Below, in pieces: positions 30,159 through 39,566 of a stretch of DNA of 64,000 nucleotides (position 1 is its first letter; each line of letters opens with the position of its first letter). Position numbers and translations under genes: made by a program. The notes below the pieces were generated by a model. It worked only from the letters and a program-made list of their open reading frames with translations, made no database searches and had not been told where the DNA came from. Source of the DNA: an uncultured Mycoplasmatota bacterium (GTDB taxonomy: Bacteria; Bacillota_I; Bacilli_A; RF39; UBA660); NCBI GenBank assembly GCA_948434005.1, contig CAOJEH010000005.1, positions 23,372-87,371 on the forward strand. The letters are read 5' to 3'.

Positions 30159-30746
30159 ATGGAAAGTCTAACATATGTAACAGGTAATTATGGTAAATAT
30201 ATTGAAGTAAAAGAAGCGTTTGAATCTGAAGGAATAACTATAGATTATTATAAATGTGATTTAGATGAACCTGATGTAAATGATATCGAAATTATTTCTA
30301 AAGAAAAGGCAAAGCAAGCATATGAATTATTAGGTAAACCTGTTTTTGTTGCAGACTCAGGATTTTATATTGAAAACTATCCGGATAATCCAGGTTATCC
30401 AGGCGCTTTTGTAAAAAGAAGTGGTGTTGCCTCTAATATTACAGAGCTTCTAGAAATTATGAAGGATGTTGATAATAGAAGTTGTCATTTCCTAGATTGC
30501 CTAACATTATATGATGGATTAGAGTATCATCAATTTTTTGGTGTAAGCAAGGGTACATTATCATATGAAATAAGAGGTAATAAAACAGAGAAGATAAAAT
30601 CAAATTTATGGTATGTTTTTATTCCTAATAATTGCACTAAAACACTTGCAGAAATGACCGATGAAGAAAGAAATAATAGACCTGATAACAGAGTAAGTGC
30701 TGTAGATGAATTTATAAAATGGTATAAACATAAAGTAAGCGTTTAA
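30159..30746 (+). CDS. Ham1/RdgB-family non-canonical purine NTP pyrophosphatase (ITPase-like)
   Basis: VTGNYGKYIEVKE, EP, KAKQAY and FVADSGFYIE...PGYPGAF follow the TGNxGK / E / KA / DSG / PG pattern of the family. Confidence 0.6.
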   Translation: MESLTYVTGNYGKYIEVKEAFESEGITIDYYKCDLDEPDVNDIEIISKEKAKQAYELLGKPVFVADSGFYIENYPDNPGYPGAFVKRSGVASNITELLEIMKDVDNRSCHFLDCLTLYDGLEYHQFFGVSKGTLSYEIRGNKTEKIKSNLWYVFIPNNCTKTLAEMTDEERNNRPDNRVSAVDEFIKWYKHKVSV

Positions 30747-30783
30747 TTAAATGTTAATTAGTTAAAGATTTGGAGGTTAAAAA

Positions 30784-31125
30784 ATGGACATTAGTGGAAT
30801 TGAAAAAGGATTAGGTGCATCTTATGGTGCAAGAAGAGTTGACAATGATCAGGAAGTTTATGGTATAGGAGTTATAAAAAAAGATAATGAGATAAGTTAT
30901 TTAATTCAACTATTTCAAACTAATGATTTTACAGATGGAGCTCCTGCTTTAGCACATTATACTTCTGTTTTTACGGATTCTATTTTTATTTTAAGTGAAG
31001 ATGATTTATCTTTAGAAACAAGTGATTCTTATGATAATAAAACTTCAGAAAATACTGTAAAACAATATAAAAAGTCTAGTTGTAACTTTGGACAGAGTTT
31101 AATAACACCACTTATAGATGAATAA
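30784..31125 (+). CDS. Hypothetical protein
   Basis: 113-aa ORF with a GGAGG RBS and no recognised motif. Confidence 0.45.
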   Translation: MDISGIEKGLGASYGARRVDNDQEVYGIGVIKKDNEISYLIQLFQTNDFTDGAPALAHYTSVFTDSIFILSEDDLSLETSDSYDNKTSENTVKQYKKSSCNFGQSLITPLIDE

Positions 31126-31160
31126 AGAATAATGGTTATTGATAAAAGGAGAATGATAAT

Positions 31161-31460
31161 ATGGCTACTACAAAAGATTATAAAAATTTTATTTTAGAAC
31201 AATTAAGTTTATTAGATAATATTACATGTAGATCTATGATGGGAGAATATTTACTTTATTATAATAATATATTATTTGGAGGTATATATGATAGTAGATT
31301 ACTTGTTAAAATAACAAATAGTAATAAAAAATATGAAATGCAGGAAGCTATACCTTATAAAGGGGCTAAACCTATGTATTTAATTGATGATATAGATAAT
31401 CAAGAAATTATAAAAGAAATAGTAATAGATACCTGTAAAGACTTACCTTGTAAGAAGTAA
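31161..31460 (+). CDS. TfoX N-terminal-domain family protein
   Basis: 99 aa. The pattern L......RSMMGEYLLYYNNILFGGIYDSRLLVK resembles the TfoX_N fold signature (MFGGyglY..g..fg.i.d..Lylk). Confidence 0.55.
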   Translation: MATTKDYKNFILEQLSLLDNITCRSMMGEYLLYYNNILFGGIYDSRLLVKITNSNKKYEMQEAIPYKGAKPMYLIDDIDNQEIIKEIVIDTCKDLPCKK

Positions 31461-31633
31461 TTATAATGTTGTTTATATGTATGTAATATATAATAAAAGA
31501 TAACTAATAATATTAATAATGAATAATAGATTAACTTAATATAATTAAATAGTGCTAGTCATTATTTTTTTATTTATATTGTAAAATTTCTATTAGAATG
31601 TTATTATAATAGTATAGAATAGAGGGTGTTTAG

Positions 31634-31963
31634 ATGGATATTATAGTAGTCTTTTTTAGAGATATTTTAGATGGACCACTTTATATAATTGTTGCACTTA
31701 TTTCTGGTATTTTATTTTGTTCATGTATTGGATATTTAGCAGAACAAAATAATTTGAAAAAAGCTGCAAAGGAGAAATTTAATAATAGTTATGCTACTGT
31801 AGCTAATATAGATAACTCAGTAACTGCTATGCAAACCGCACCAACTCAATCTAATGTTTTGAATACTCCTGTTAATACTCCTACTGATATACCTCAAAGT
31901 ATTCAAGCAACTCCGCCTCAGGCTGTAAATAATGGTCAAGGTGGTAATAATCTACCTAGTTGA
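31634..31963 (+). CDS. Small membrane protein with a Q/P/T/N-rich tail
   Basis: One N-terminal TM segment (LYIIVALISGILFCSCIGYL) is followed by a low-complexity tail. Confidence 0.45.
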   Translation: MDIIVVFFRDILDGPLYIIVALISGILFCSCIGYLAEQNNLKKAAKEKFNNSYATVANIDNSVTAMQTAPTQSNVLNTPVNTPTDIPQSIQATPPQAVNNGQGGNNLPS

Positions 31964-32022
31964 TGTTTACTATTTTAGAAATATTTTGTATACTTAAATA
32001 ACGTGGTAAAGGAGATGATAGA

Positions 32023-32856
32023 ATGGTAATAACAGTAACTGATATTGTATCGATAGTTCAAAAAGTAGTTGATGTATTATTAGTATGGTTAATATTTTAC
32101 TTTATCTTAAAAAATATAAAAAATAATGTAAAACTTTCTTTAATATTTAAGGGAGTAGCAATGATAATTCTTTTAAAGGTTATAAGTCACTATTTGGGGC
32201 TTACAACACTAGAAGTTTTATTGGAATATATGATTCAATGGGGACCAATTGCATTAATTGTAATTTTCCAACCAGAAATAAGAAATATTTTAGAACAGTT
32301 AGGTAGAAGTCAATTATTAGGAAGACATAAAGTCTTAACCGTTGATGAGAGAGAACATTTAGTATATGAAATTATCCAATCAATGGAATATTTAAGAAAG
32401 AATAGAATTGGAGCTTTAATAACAATAGAAAGAGATATAAGTTTAGGTAATTACATTGATAAAGCAAAGAAATTATATGCTGATTTATCTAATGATTTAT
32501 TAATAGCAATATTCTATGAGGGAAATCCTCTACATGATGGTGCGGTTATTATCCAAGGTGATAGAATAACATGTGCAGGAGCAGTATTCCCAACTAGTAG
32601 TAACTCTAAAATTAATAAGAGATTAGGTACAAGACATAGAGCAGCTTTAGGTATATCAGAAGAAACTGATTCAATTTCACTTGTTGTTTCAGAAGAAACT
32701 GGTAGAATGTCAGTTGCAGTTAAGGGTGAGTTATATTATAACTTATCACTTGATGATATTAGAATAATGCTTATTGATGAATTAAGACCAAAACAAGATA
32801 TAGAAATAGATGAAGAAGAAATAGATGAGGAAGAGATATATGAAGAAAATAATTAG
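32023..32856 (+). CDS. cdaA: Diadenylate cyclase CdaA (membrane-bound c-di-AMP synthase)
   Basis: Three N-terminal TM helices and a DAC domain (GALITIERD, PLHDGAVII, LGTRHRAALGISEETD, VVSEETG). Confidence 0.93.
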   Translation: MVITVTDIVSIVQKVVDVLLVWLIFYFILKNIKNNVKLSLIFKGVAMIILLKVISHYLGLTTLEVLLEYMIQWGPIALIVIFQPEIRNILEQLGRSQLLGRHKVLTVDEREHLVYEIIQSMEYLRKNRIGALITIERDISLGNYIDKAKKLYADLSNDLLIAIFYEGNPLHDGAVIIQGDRITCAGAVFPTSSNSKINKRLGTRHRAALGISEETDSISLVVSEETGRMSVAVKGELYYNLSLDDIRIMLIDELRPKQDIEIDEEEIDEEEIYEENN

Positions 32857-34192
32857 AGGTATAGGTAAATTTTTCCGTCATATTGGTTTATTCTTTGATA
32901 AATGGTTAATTAGTCCAATTACTAAATTTATTCTAAAAATAACAAACTTTAAGGATAATAGTAAAGGAATTGATAGATTTTTAGGAAAAAAGTCAACCCT
33001 CATTGTAATAAGTTTGATATTAGCGTTTGTAGTTTTTATAATTATTGATCAGGAATCTAGTGTTATGGCAGACCAATATGCTGAGATATTATATAATCAA
33101 CCAGTTACTGCAGTATATAATGAAGAATTATATGTAGTTGAGGGGTTACCTAAAACCGTGGATATTACTTTAGTAGGAGAAAAAAGACATATATTTTTAG
33201 CTAAACAATCTCCATCTAAAGGAGTATCTGTAGATTTAACAGGACTTAGTGAAGGTAATCATAAAGTTACTTTAAAGTATTCCCAAAAACTAAAGTCTCT
33301 TGACTATAAATTAGATCCATCAGAAGTAACTGTTACTTTATATCCAAAAGTTTCAGAAACTAGAAGTTTAACTTATGATGTATTACATTCAGATGATTTA
33401 GATAGTAAACTATCAATTGATAGTGTTGAGTTAGATAGAGATGATGTTATTATTAAAGGTGCTCAATATAAATTAGATAAGGTTGCTACTGTTAAAGCAT
33501 TAGTAGATGTTGATGATATAGCACATCCTAAGGCTGGTGAAATTGAACTTAAGAATGTAGATTTAGTTGCTTATGATACTAAAGGTAAAGTAGTTGATGT
33601 TGAGATAGTTCCAACTTCTGTAACTGCTAAGGTAAAAATTACATCACCAAGTAAAGAAGTTTCAATAAAAGTAGTACCTAAGGGGAATCTTGCTACTGGT
33701 AAAGCTATTAAATCAGCAGATACAAGTATTGCAAAAGTAATTGTTTATGGTAGTGAAGAGGCAGTTAATGACTTAGAATATTTACCTGTTGAGATAGATG
33801 TTACAGGTTTATCTGAAAGCAAGGAATACAAAGTTACACTTAAAAAGCCAACGGGTATTACAGATATCAGTACTAAAACATTAACTGTAAAAGTAGAAGT
33901 TGATAACTCAATATCTAAAGAATTTGCAGATATATCTATTGCAACAGAAAACTTAGCTGATAAGTATAAAGTTCAAGCTTTATCTGAGGCAGATAGTAGA
34001 GTTATAGTAGTTGCAAAAGGTAGTGAAGCTGTAATTAAAGATTTAGATTCATCAGGAATAACCGCATATATAGATTTAGATGGTTATGGAGTAGGAGAAC
34101 ATGAAGTTCCAGTAAAAGTAAAAGGAACAGACTTAAGAGTTAAATACTCATCTAAAACTAAAAAAGTAAAAGTTAGAATAAGTGAGAAGTAG
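32840..34192 (+). CDS. cdaR: CdaA regulator CdaR (YbbR-domain protein)
   Basis: An N-terminal TM anchor is followed by repeated YbbR-like beta modules. It overlaps the cdaA 3' end. ATG 32840 follows GAGGAAGAG; the ORF-track start is 32825. Confidence 0.8.
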   Translation: MKKIIRGIGKFFRHIGLFFDKWLISPITKFILKITNFKDNSKGIDRFLGKKSTLIVISLILAFVVFIIIDQESSVMADQYAEILYNQPVTAVYNEELYVVEGLPKTVDITLVGEKRHIFLAKQSPSKGVSVDLTGLSEGNHKVTLKYSQKLKSLDYKLDPSEVTVTLYPKVSETRSLTYDVLHSDDLDSKLSIDSVELDRDDVIIKGAQYKLDKVATVKALVDVDDIAHPKAGEIELKNVDLVAYDTKGKVVDVEIVPTSVTAKVKITSPSKEVSIKVVPKGNLATGKAIKSADTSIAKVIVYGSEEAVNDLEYLPVEIDVTGLSESKEYKVTLKKPTGITDISTKTLTVKVEVDNSISKEFADISIATENLADKYKVQALSEADSRVIVVAKGSEAVIKDLDSSGITAYIDLDGYGVGEHEVPVKVKGTDLRVKYSSKTKKVKVRISEK

Positions 34193-34215
34193 TTTTATAA
34201 CTACTTTTCTTTTTC
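34187..34215 (+). terminator. cdaR terminator
   Basis: Stem aagtagtt / aactactt (loop ttat) followed by ttctttttc. Confidence 0.65.
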
Positions 34216-34230
34216 GACAAAACTTGTCAA
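34213..34230 (+). promoter_or_regulatory. Inverted pair of 0A-box-like sequences upstream of spo0A
   Basis: TTCGACA (the reverse complement of the consensus 0A box TGTCGAA) lies at 34213-34219 and TGTCAAA (one mismatch) at 34224-34230. Confidence 0.45.
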
Positions 34231-34301
34231 AAAATTACCTAGGAAAAATATTTCTATTGAGTTATAATAGTTTTGCAGAGTAGTATATGGAAGGAGAAAA
34301 A

Positions 34302-35078
34302 ATGAGTAAAACTAAGCTGTTAGTAATTGATGATAATAAAGATTTAGTTAGTATGATAAAGGAATATTTTAAAAATCATAATGATATAGTTGTTTCTTTA
34401 GATGCTAATGATGGAGTAGAAGGATTAAAACTAATTGAGAAAAGAAGGGAAGATTATGATGTAATTATTCTTGACTTAATAATGCCTAATAAAGATGGTA
34501 TAAGTGTTTTAGAAACTATGAGAAAGAAGAATATTTCTAAAAAGGTTGTAGTATTAACTTCTTATAATAATCCTGAAATTATAAGAAGAGTATCAGAATT
34601 AGGAGTTAATTATTATATTTTAAAACCTTTTGAACTATCCGAATTAGAAAAGAGAGTTATGGAACTATCAGATAATTTATTATATAATGGTAAAACTGTA
34701 GATTTATATCATAATAATTTGCAAATATCAACAACTAAGATATTACATGAGTTAGGAGTTCCATCACATATTAAAGGTTATCTATATATTAGAGAAGGTA
34801 TAATGATGCTTTATGAAAGACCTGAAGTTATTGGTGGAATAACTAAAGAGTTATATCCAGAAATTGCTAGTAAGTATAATACTACAGTTTCTCGTGTTGA
34901 AAGAGCAATAAGACATGCAATAGAAGTTAGTTGGAATAGAGGTAATTGGCAACTTATGGAAGAAATATTTGGTCATAGTGTTGATATAGATAAAGCAAAA
35001 CCTACGAATTCAGAGTTTATAGTTACAGTAGCAGATAAACTTAGATTAGAATTTAATAAACCTTCAGTAGTAAATTAG
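34302..35078 (+). CDS. spo0A: Sporulation master response regulator Spo0A
   Basis: Receiver domain ([19 protein letters not shown]) plus the Spo0A-specific C-terminal DNA-binding domain ([36 protein letters not shown]). ATG 34302 follows AAGGAG. Confidence 0.92.
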   Translation: MSKTKLLVIDDNKDLVSMIKEYFKNHNDIVVSLDANDGVEGLKLIEKRREDYDVIILDLIMPNKDGISVLETMRKKNISKKVVVLTSYNNPEIIRRVSELGVNYYILKPFELSELEKRVMELSDNLLYNGKTVDLYHNNLQISTTKILHELGVPSHIKGYLYIREGIMMLYERPEVIGGITKELYPEIASKYNTTVSRVERAIRHAIEVSWNRGNWQLMEEIFGHSVDIDKAKPTNSEFIVTVADKLRLEFNKPSVVN

Positions 35079-35189
35079 CATATGTAACAATAAAGACGAG
35101 CAGTAGTAGTCTTTTTATTTTGGAAAATATTGACTAAAAATACAATCTGAGTTATACTTATTATGAAATATGTAAGGTGGTGTCATTTT

Positions 35190-36467
35190 ATGGAACGAAA
35201 AATAGTGTCATTCTTTCAGAAATGGAAAACTGACATTATTAGGAAACCTTTAATGTTATATGGACCTAAACAAATAGGAAAAACTTTTACAGTATTAGAA
35301 TTTGGTAAGGTTGAGTATAAGAATGTTGTGTACTTTAATGCTTCAAATAATAAGGGATTAGTTGAATTATTTAAAAAGGAGAAAGCTACAGATAAAATTA
35401 TTATAAATTTATCTATGATTTCTGGGGAAACAATTCTTGAAGAAGATACTTTAATAGTATTTGATAATGTAGATGATATAGAAATTGTAAGGGGATTAAA
35501 ACTATTTGGTAGTGAAGTTAGTAAATATCATATTATTGCAATTACTTCAAGACGTGAAAATCTTAATAGCTTTAAAGGAGAAGGCTTACAATTTAAAGGT
35601 ATGTATGAGATGGATTTTGAAGAATTTTTATGGTCTAGAGATGAAAAACAATTAGCTAATCTAATTAGAGAATCTTATGAAAAGAAAAAAACATGTCCAT
35701 TCCATAAAGTTGCTTTAGATTTATTTTATGAATATTTGTTTACTGGTGGTTTTCCAGAAGTTGTTAATGCTTTTAATAATGGTTTAGGTGATAATGAGAT
35801 AGAAGCTATAAAAAATAAAATTATAGATTCATATAAAAAAGAGGTTGCTCTAAATCCAGTTCTTATTGATATACCTAGGGGTTTAGAAGTAGTTAACTCT
35901 ATACCAGAACAATTAAGAAAAGAAAATAAAAAGTTTCAATATGGATTAATGGGATATGGAAAAAGGGCTAAAGAATATGAATCTACTATTAAATATTTAA
36001 TAGATAATCAGATTGTTTATAGAAGTTATAAAATAACAAATATAAAGTCACCTCTTAGTAGTTGTAGAGAAACAGATAGTTTTAAATTATATTTACCAGA
36101 TGATGGATTATTATTTTCAATGTTACATATAAATAGAAAAGAGTTTTTATCTAATGAAAATATAAAAGAAACTATGTATGAAAATCATATAGCCAAAACA
36201 CTTGCTGAAGCTAACTATTCACTATATTATTACCAGTCAGGTGGTAAAGCAGAAGTTAATTTTGTTGTTCAAAATAGAATGGGAGAAGTTATTCCTATTG
36301 AAATAACAATTAAGTCTATGTCTAAAGCTAAGTCGTTATCTGTGTTAATGAAAAGATTTACTGTTAATAATGCATATCGTATAACTGAAAATAATTTTTC
36401 TACAAAAAAAGAAGTAAGATACTTACCTATATATGCAGTATTTTGTTTGAATGATAATGTAATATAA
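35190..36467 (+). CDS. AAA-family ATPase (AAA_14/DUF4143-type architecture)
   Basis: Walker A motif LYGPKQIGKT, Walker B motif LIVFDNVDD, and a C-terminal region typical of DUF4143 proteins. ATG 35190 follows AAGGTGG. Confidence 0.65.
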   Translation: MERKIVSFFQKWKTDIIRKPLMLYGPKQIGKTFTVLEFGKVEYKNVVYFNASNNKGLVELFKKEKATDKIIINLSMISGETILEEDTLIVFDNVDDIEIVRGLKLFGSEVSKYHIIAITSRRENLNSFKGEGLQFKGMYEMDFEEFLWSRDEKQLANLIRESYEKKKTCPFHKVALDLFYEYLFTGGFPEVVNAFNNGLGDNEIEAIKNKIIDSYKKEVALNPVLIDIPRGLEVVNSIPEQLRKENKKFQYGLMGYGKRAKEYESTIKYLIDNQIVYRSYKITNIKSPLSSCRETDSFKLYLPDDGLLFSMLHINRKEFLSNENIKETMYENHIAKTLAEANYSLYYYQSGGKAEVNFVVQNRMGEVIPIEITIKSMSKAKSLSVLMKRFTVNNAYRITENNFSTKKEVRYLPIYAVFCLNDNVI

Positions 36468-36484
36468 TAAATTTTTAAATTATA

Positions 36485-36509
36485 AACTCGATTTTTTCGA
36501 GTTTTTTTC
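36485..36509 (+). terminator. Rho-independent terminator
   Basis: Stem aactcga / tcgagtt (loop ttttt) followed by a T-run. Confidence 0.7.
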
Positions 36510-36546
36510 TATAATAAAACTTCTTTATAATAGTTGTTTGTAATTC

Positions 36547-36575
36547 TTGACAATAGAACAAATGTGTTATATATT
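36547..36575 (+). promoter_or_regulatory. dinB promoter with an SOS (Cheo-box)-like sequence in the spacer
   Basis: TTGACA (36547-36552), a 17-nt spacer, then TATATT (36570-36575). The spacer contains aGAACAAATGTgTt, a near match to the Firmicute LexA site CGAACRNRYGTTYC. Confidence 0.4.
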
Positions 36576-36604
36576 TACGATATAAGTGAAATGTTGGTGA
36601 TTGC

Positions 36605-37807
36605 ATGGATAAAAGAATAATTTTTCATATAGATGTTAATAATGCTTTTTTATCATGGAGTGCGGTTAAACTATTAAAAGATGGTTATAAAATAGATATT
36701 AGAACTATTCCTTCTATAATAGGTGGAGATGAATCAAAAAGACATGGTATTGTTCTAGCTAAAAGTCCTATAGCTAAAAAGTATGGAATTAAAACTGCAG
36801 AAACTTTATATGCTGCTAGAAAGAAATGTCCTAATTTAAAAATATATAATCCTGATTATAAATGGTATTATGAACAGTCTTTATTATTTCATAATTACTT
36901 AAAACAATATTCGCCTAATATTTTAAAGTATTCTGTAGATGAAGCTTTCATAGATTTAACTGGTACTAAATATATATATGATGATTATATTAAACTAGCT
37001 TATAAAATAAAAGATGATATAAAGAACTTGTTCGGTTTTACAGTTAATGTTGGTGTAGCTAATAATATGCTTTGTGCTAAGATGGCAAGTGATTTTTTAA
37101 AACCTGATAGAGTCCATACATTATTTGAAGATGAAGTTAAAACTAAAATGTGGCCTCTTCCAATAGAAGATTTGTTTATGGTAGGAAAATCTAGTTCTAA
37201 AGTACTTAGAGATTTAGGTATTAATACAATTGGTGAACTTGCTAATGCAGATTTAGGTGTACTTAATAAACATTTTAAAAATAGGGCACAGTTTTTATTA
37301 GATTCTGCTAATGGTATTGATTATAGTAAAGTAGAGAAATCTATTTCTAAAACTGAAAGTATTAGTACTACTGAAACATTAATTAAAGATATCTCTGATA
37401 AAGAAGAATTAAAAGATATATTATTTAGACAAACTGATGATGTTGCTAGACAATTAAGAAAAAAAGAAAAATATTGTAGTGTAGTAGCGATAATATATAA
37501 AAATAATAATTTTGAAAGTTATAGTAAACAGATAAAATTAGAGAATGTTACTAATAGTACTAGTGAAATATATGATGTAGTATTACATTTACTTGATATA
37601 AGTTTTAGAGGAGAAGCTATAAGGTTAATTGGAGTAAGACTTGCTGATTTAAGTGCTAATCGAGTAGAACAAGTATCAATATTTGATAGTGATGAAAAAA
37701 AAGATTCATCTAATGATGAATTTCAAAAAATAGTAGATTCCTTAAATGATAAATTTGGTGGTAATGTAGTAGTACCTGCTGTGATGAAAAAGAAAAATAA
37801 TTCTTAA
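36605..37807 (+). CDS. dinB: Y-family DNA polymerase IV
   Basis: IFHIDVNNAFLSWS, SVDEAFIDLTG and ANNMLCAKMASD are the conserved Y-family palm motifs. Confidence 0.88.
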   Translation: MDKRIIFHIDVNNAFLSWSAVKLLKDGYKIDIRTIPSIIGGDESKRHGIVLAKSPIAKKYGIKTAETLYAARKKCPNLKIYNPDYKWYYEQSLLFHNYLKQYSPNILKYSVDEAFIDLTGTKYIYDDYIKLAYKIKDDIKNLFGFTVNVGVANNMLCAKMASDFLKPDRVHTLFEDEVKTKMWPLPIEDLFMVGKSSSKVLRDLGINTIGELANADLGVLNKHFKNRAQFLLDSANGIDYSKVEKSISKTESISTTETLIKDISDKEELKDILFRQTDDVARQLRKKEKYCSVVAIIYKNNNFESYSKQIKLENVTNSTSEIYDVVLHLLDISFRGEAIRLIGVRLADLSANRVEQVSIFDSDEKKDSSNDEFQKIVDSLNDKFGGNVVVPAVMKKKNNS

Positions 37808-37952
37808 AAATATATAAAGGATACAATCAATATATGTTATAATCTAAATATATAGTAAAGATTTAATTTTTACTAAAACTAGGTAGTATTCAATTTGTTT
37901 TTGGGTACTATTTTATTTTTTTGGTAATACATGAGTGTAAAGGGGTATATAT

Positions 37953-38267
37953 ATGTCAAAAGAAAGGTATGTTTATGATAAAGTCTTTAAAGATTATGGT
38001 AAAGTCATTTTGACAGTTAGTGATGTACTTAAAGAAAGAAATATTAATATGTATAAATTAAGTAAATTAACAGGTATTAAATGGAATATTATAAAAAAGT
38101 ATGTAGAGGGTAGATTATATAGAGTAGATTTAGATTTGCTATCACGGATCTGTTATGCGTTAGATTGTTCACTGGATGAATTGATTCATTATGAGTATTC
38201 CCCTAACGAGAGTATAAGTATAGTAAAAAAACGGAATAAAAAAAGAAATTATATTATATCAAAATAA
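37953..38267 (+). CDS. XRE-family helix-turn-helix transcriptional regulator
   Basis: The Cro/C1-type HTH (NMYKLSKLTGIKWNIIKKYVEG) is followed by DLDLLSRICYALDCSLDELI. Confidence 0.75.
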   Translation: MSKERYVYDKVFKDYGKVILTVSDVLKERNINMYKLSKLTGIKWNIIKKYVEGRLYRVDLDLLSRICYALDCSLDELIHYEYSPNESISIVKKRNKKRNYIISK

Positions 38268-38390
38268 TAAAACTATGTCTTATATAGACTATATCTAAAT
38301 AGATGATACTTAAACAATTATATTCTAATTATGGAGATATTTATAACTCTTTTTTTTTGCTATTATATTTTGTCAACAGGGGTGTTCAAT

Positions 38391-38852
38391 ATGAGTAAAA
38401 AACAAAAGATTAGTAAATTTGAATCTATTTATGAAATAAAGAGTTGTCCTAAAAGTTTTGAAAATTATTATTATAAAATTTCTATTGTATGTAAAGATTT
38501 GCCATATGACTTTAGAAGTAAATTAAGATATTTGAGAGATAGTATAGGTCTAACTAGAGAAAAATTAGAGGAACAATCTTATATAAGTTCTCAAACAATA
38601 AAAGAAATAGAAACTAATGAGAAGAGAGGATATTCACTTGAAACAATTATTGCTTTGTGTGTAGGGATGAAATTGCCACCAGAATTTAGTTTTGATTTAC
38701 TTAGAGTAGCTGGTTTTTATATAGAAAATTATAATAATGAAAAATATTGTCTGTATTGTTATATATTACGTAACCTATATTTTTGTGAAATAGACTATGT
38801 TAATCAAGTATTAAAAATGAATAACTTATCTCCTATAAGCCAACAAAAATAG
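38391..38852 (+). CDS. XRE-type HTH-domain protein
   Basis: The probable start is ATG 38391 (MSKKQKISKF) after GGGGTG. The central HTH is LRDSIGLTREKLEEQSYISSQTIKEIE. The ORF-track N-terminal extension (from 38331) has no RBS. Confidence 0.55.
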   Translation: MSKKQKISKFESIYEIKSCPKSFENYYYKISIVCKDLPYDFRSKLRYLRDSIGLTREKLEEQSYISSQTIKEIETNEKRGYSLETIIALCVGMKLPPEFSFDLLRVAGFYIENYNNEKYCLYCYILRNLYFCEIDYVNQVLKMNNLSPISQQK

Positions 38853-38880
38853 ATTAAATTTATAATTTTTATTTTCAAAT

Positions 38881-38967
38881 GGTACATCACACGTACTGTA
38901 AACTTAATCTTTATTATGAGAGAGTAATCATATAAAGGAGGTAGTTTAGTATGAAATAGTTAATTTA
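38881..38967 (+). promoter_or_regulatory. Conserved upstream module, copy A (precedes the lysis cassette)
   Basis: It starts with GGTACATCACACGTACTG (GTAC-N7-GTAC inverted arms). It aligns without gaps with 40671-40757 at roughly 55 of 87 positions (hand count), including TAYTATGAGA and AGTATG...TAATTTA blocks. Confidence 0.6.
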
Positions 38968-39012
38968 TTTATATGTTATTGATCTATATTAATTAGGAAA
39001 GAAGGGATAAGT

Positions 39013-39318
39013 ATGATTATTAATTATTTACCAATTATATCTATTATTTGCACTATAATTACCGTATTATTAACTTTTTTAACATATAAGGGAAATATGA
39101 ATAGTGATAATAAAGAGGAAATAGAGGAACGAGTAAAAAGAGATACAACTATATCTACAAAACTAGATTTAGTTATTACTGGTAACGTAGAATTGAAAAA
39201 TGAGATTAAAAATTTAAATAATAAATTTGATGATATTAGCCAACGTGTTGCAAGATGTGAAGAAAATACAAAACATGCACACGAAAGAATTGATAATTTA
39301 GAAAGAAGATTGAGTTAG
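39013..39318 (+). CDS. Membrane-anchored coiled-coil protein in the XhlA-like position of a lysis cassette
   Basis: An N-terminal TM segment (YLPIISIICTIITVLLTFLTY) is followed by a heptad-rich region (ELKNEIKNLNNKFDDISQRVARCEENTKHAHERIDNLERRL). It lies immediately upstream of the holin. Confidence 0.4.
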   Translation: MIINYLPIISIICTIITVLLTFLTYKGNMNSDNKEEIEERVKRDTTISTKLDLVITGNVELKNEIKNLNNKFDDISQRVARCEENTKHAHERIDNLERRLS

Positions 39319-39329
39319 AAGGTGATGTA

Positions 39330-39566
39330 ATGAAGAAGATAAAAAAGAAATTAAGTTCCATTTTTAAAAATGATATTGTAAGAAGAATTTTTTGGACATT
39401 TATAGAAGGGTTTTTAGGTGGATTTTATGTAACCTTATCTACAGCTTCAAATTATAATATAGCAATCTTTAAGAGTGCTTGTATTGGAGGTTTAGCAGCA
39501 GCAATTTCTGCTATAAAGAATTTACTTGTAAATTATATAAGAAAAAAGAAAGACGGAGTAATATGA
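39330..39566 (+). CDS. Phage-type holin
   Basis: 78 aa with a basic N-terminus, the motif VRRIFWTFIEGFLGGF typical of Firmicute phage holins, two hydrophobic segments and a charged C-terminus (RKKKDG). Its stop overlaps the next gene's start (ATGA). Confidence 0.7.
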   Translation: MKKIKKKLSSIFKNDIVRRIFWTFIEGFLGGFYVTLSTASNYNIAIFKSACIGGLAAAISAIKNLLVNYIRKKKDGVI

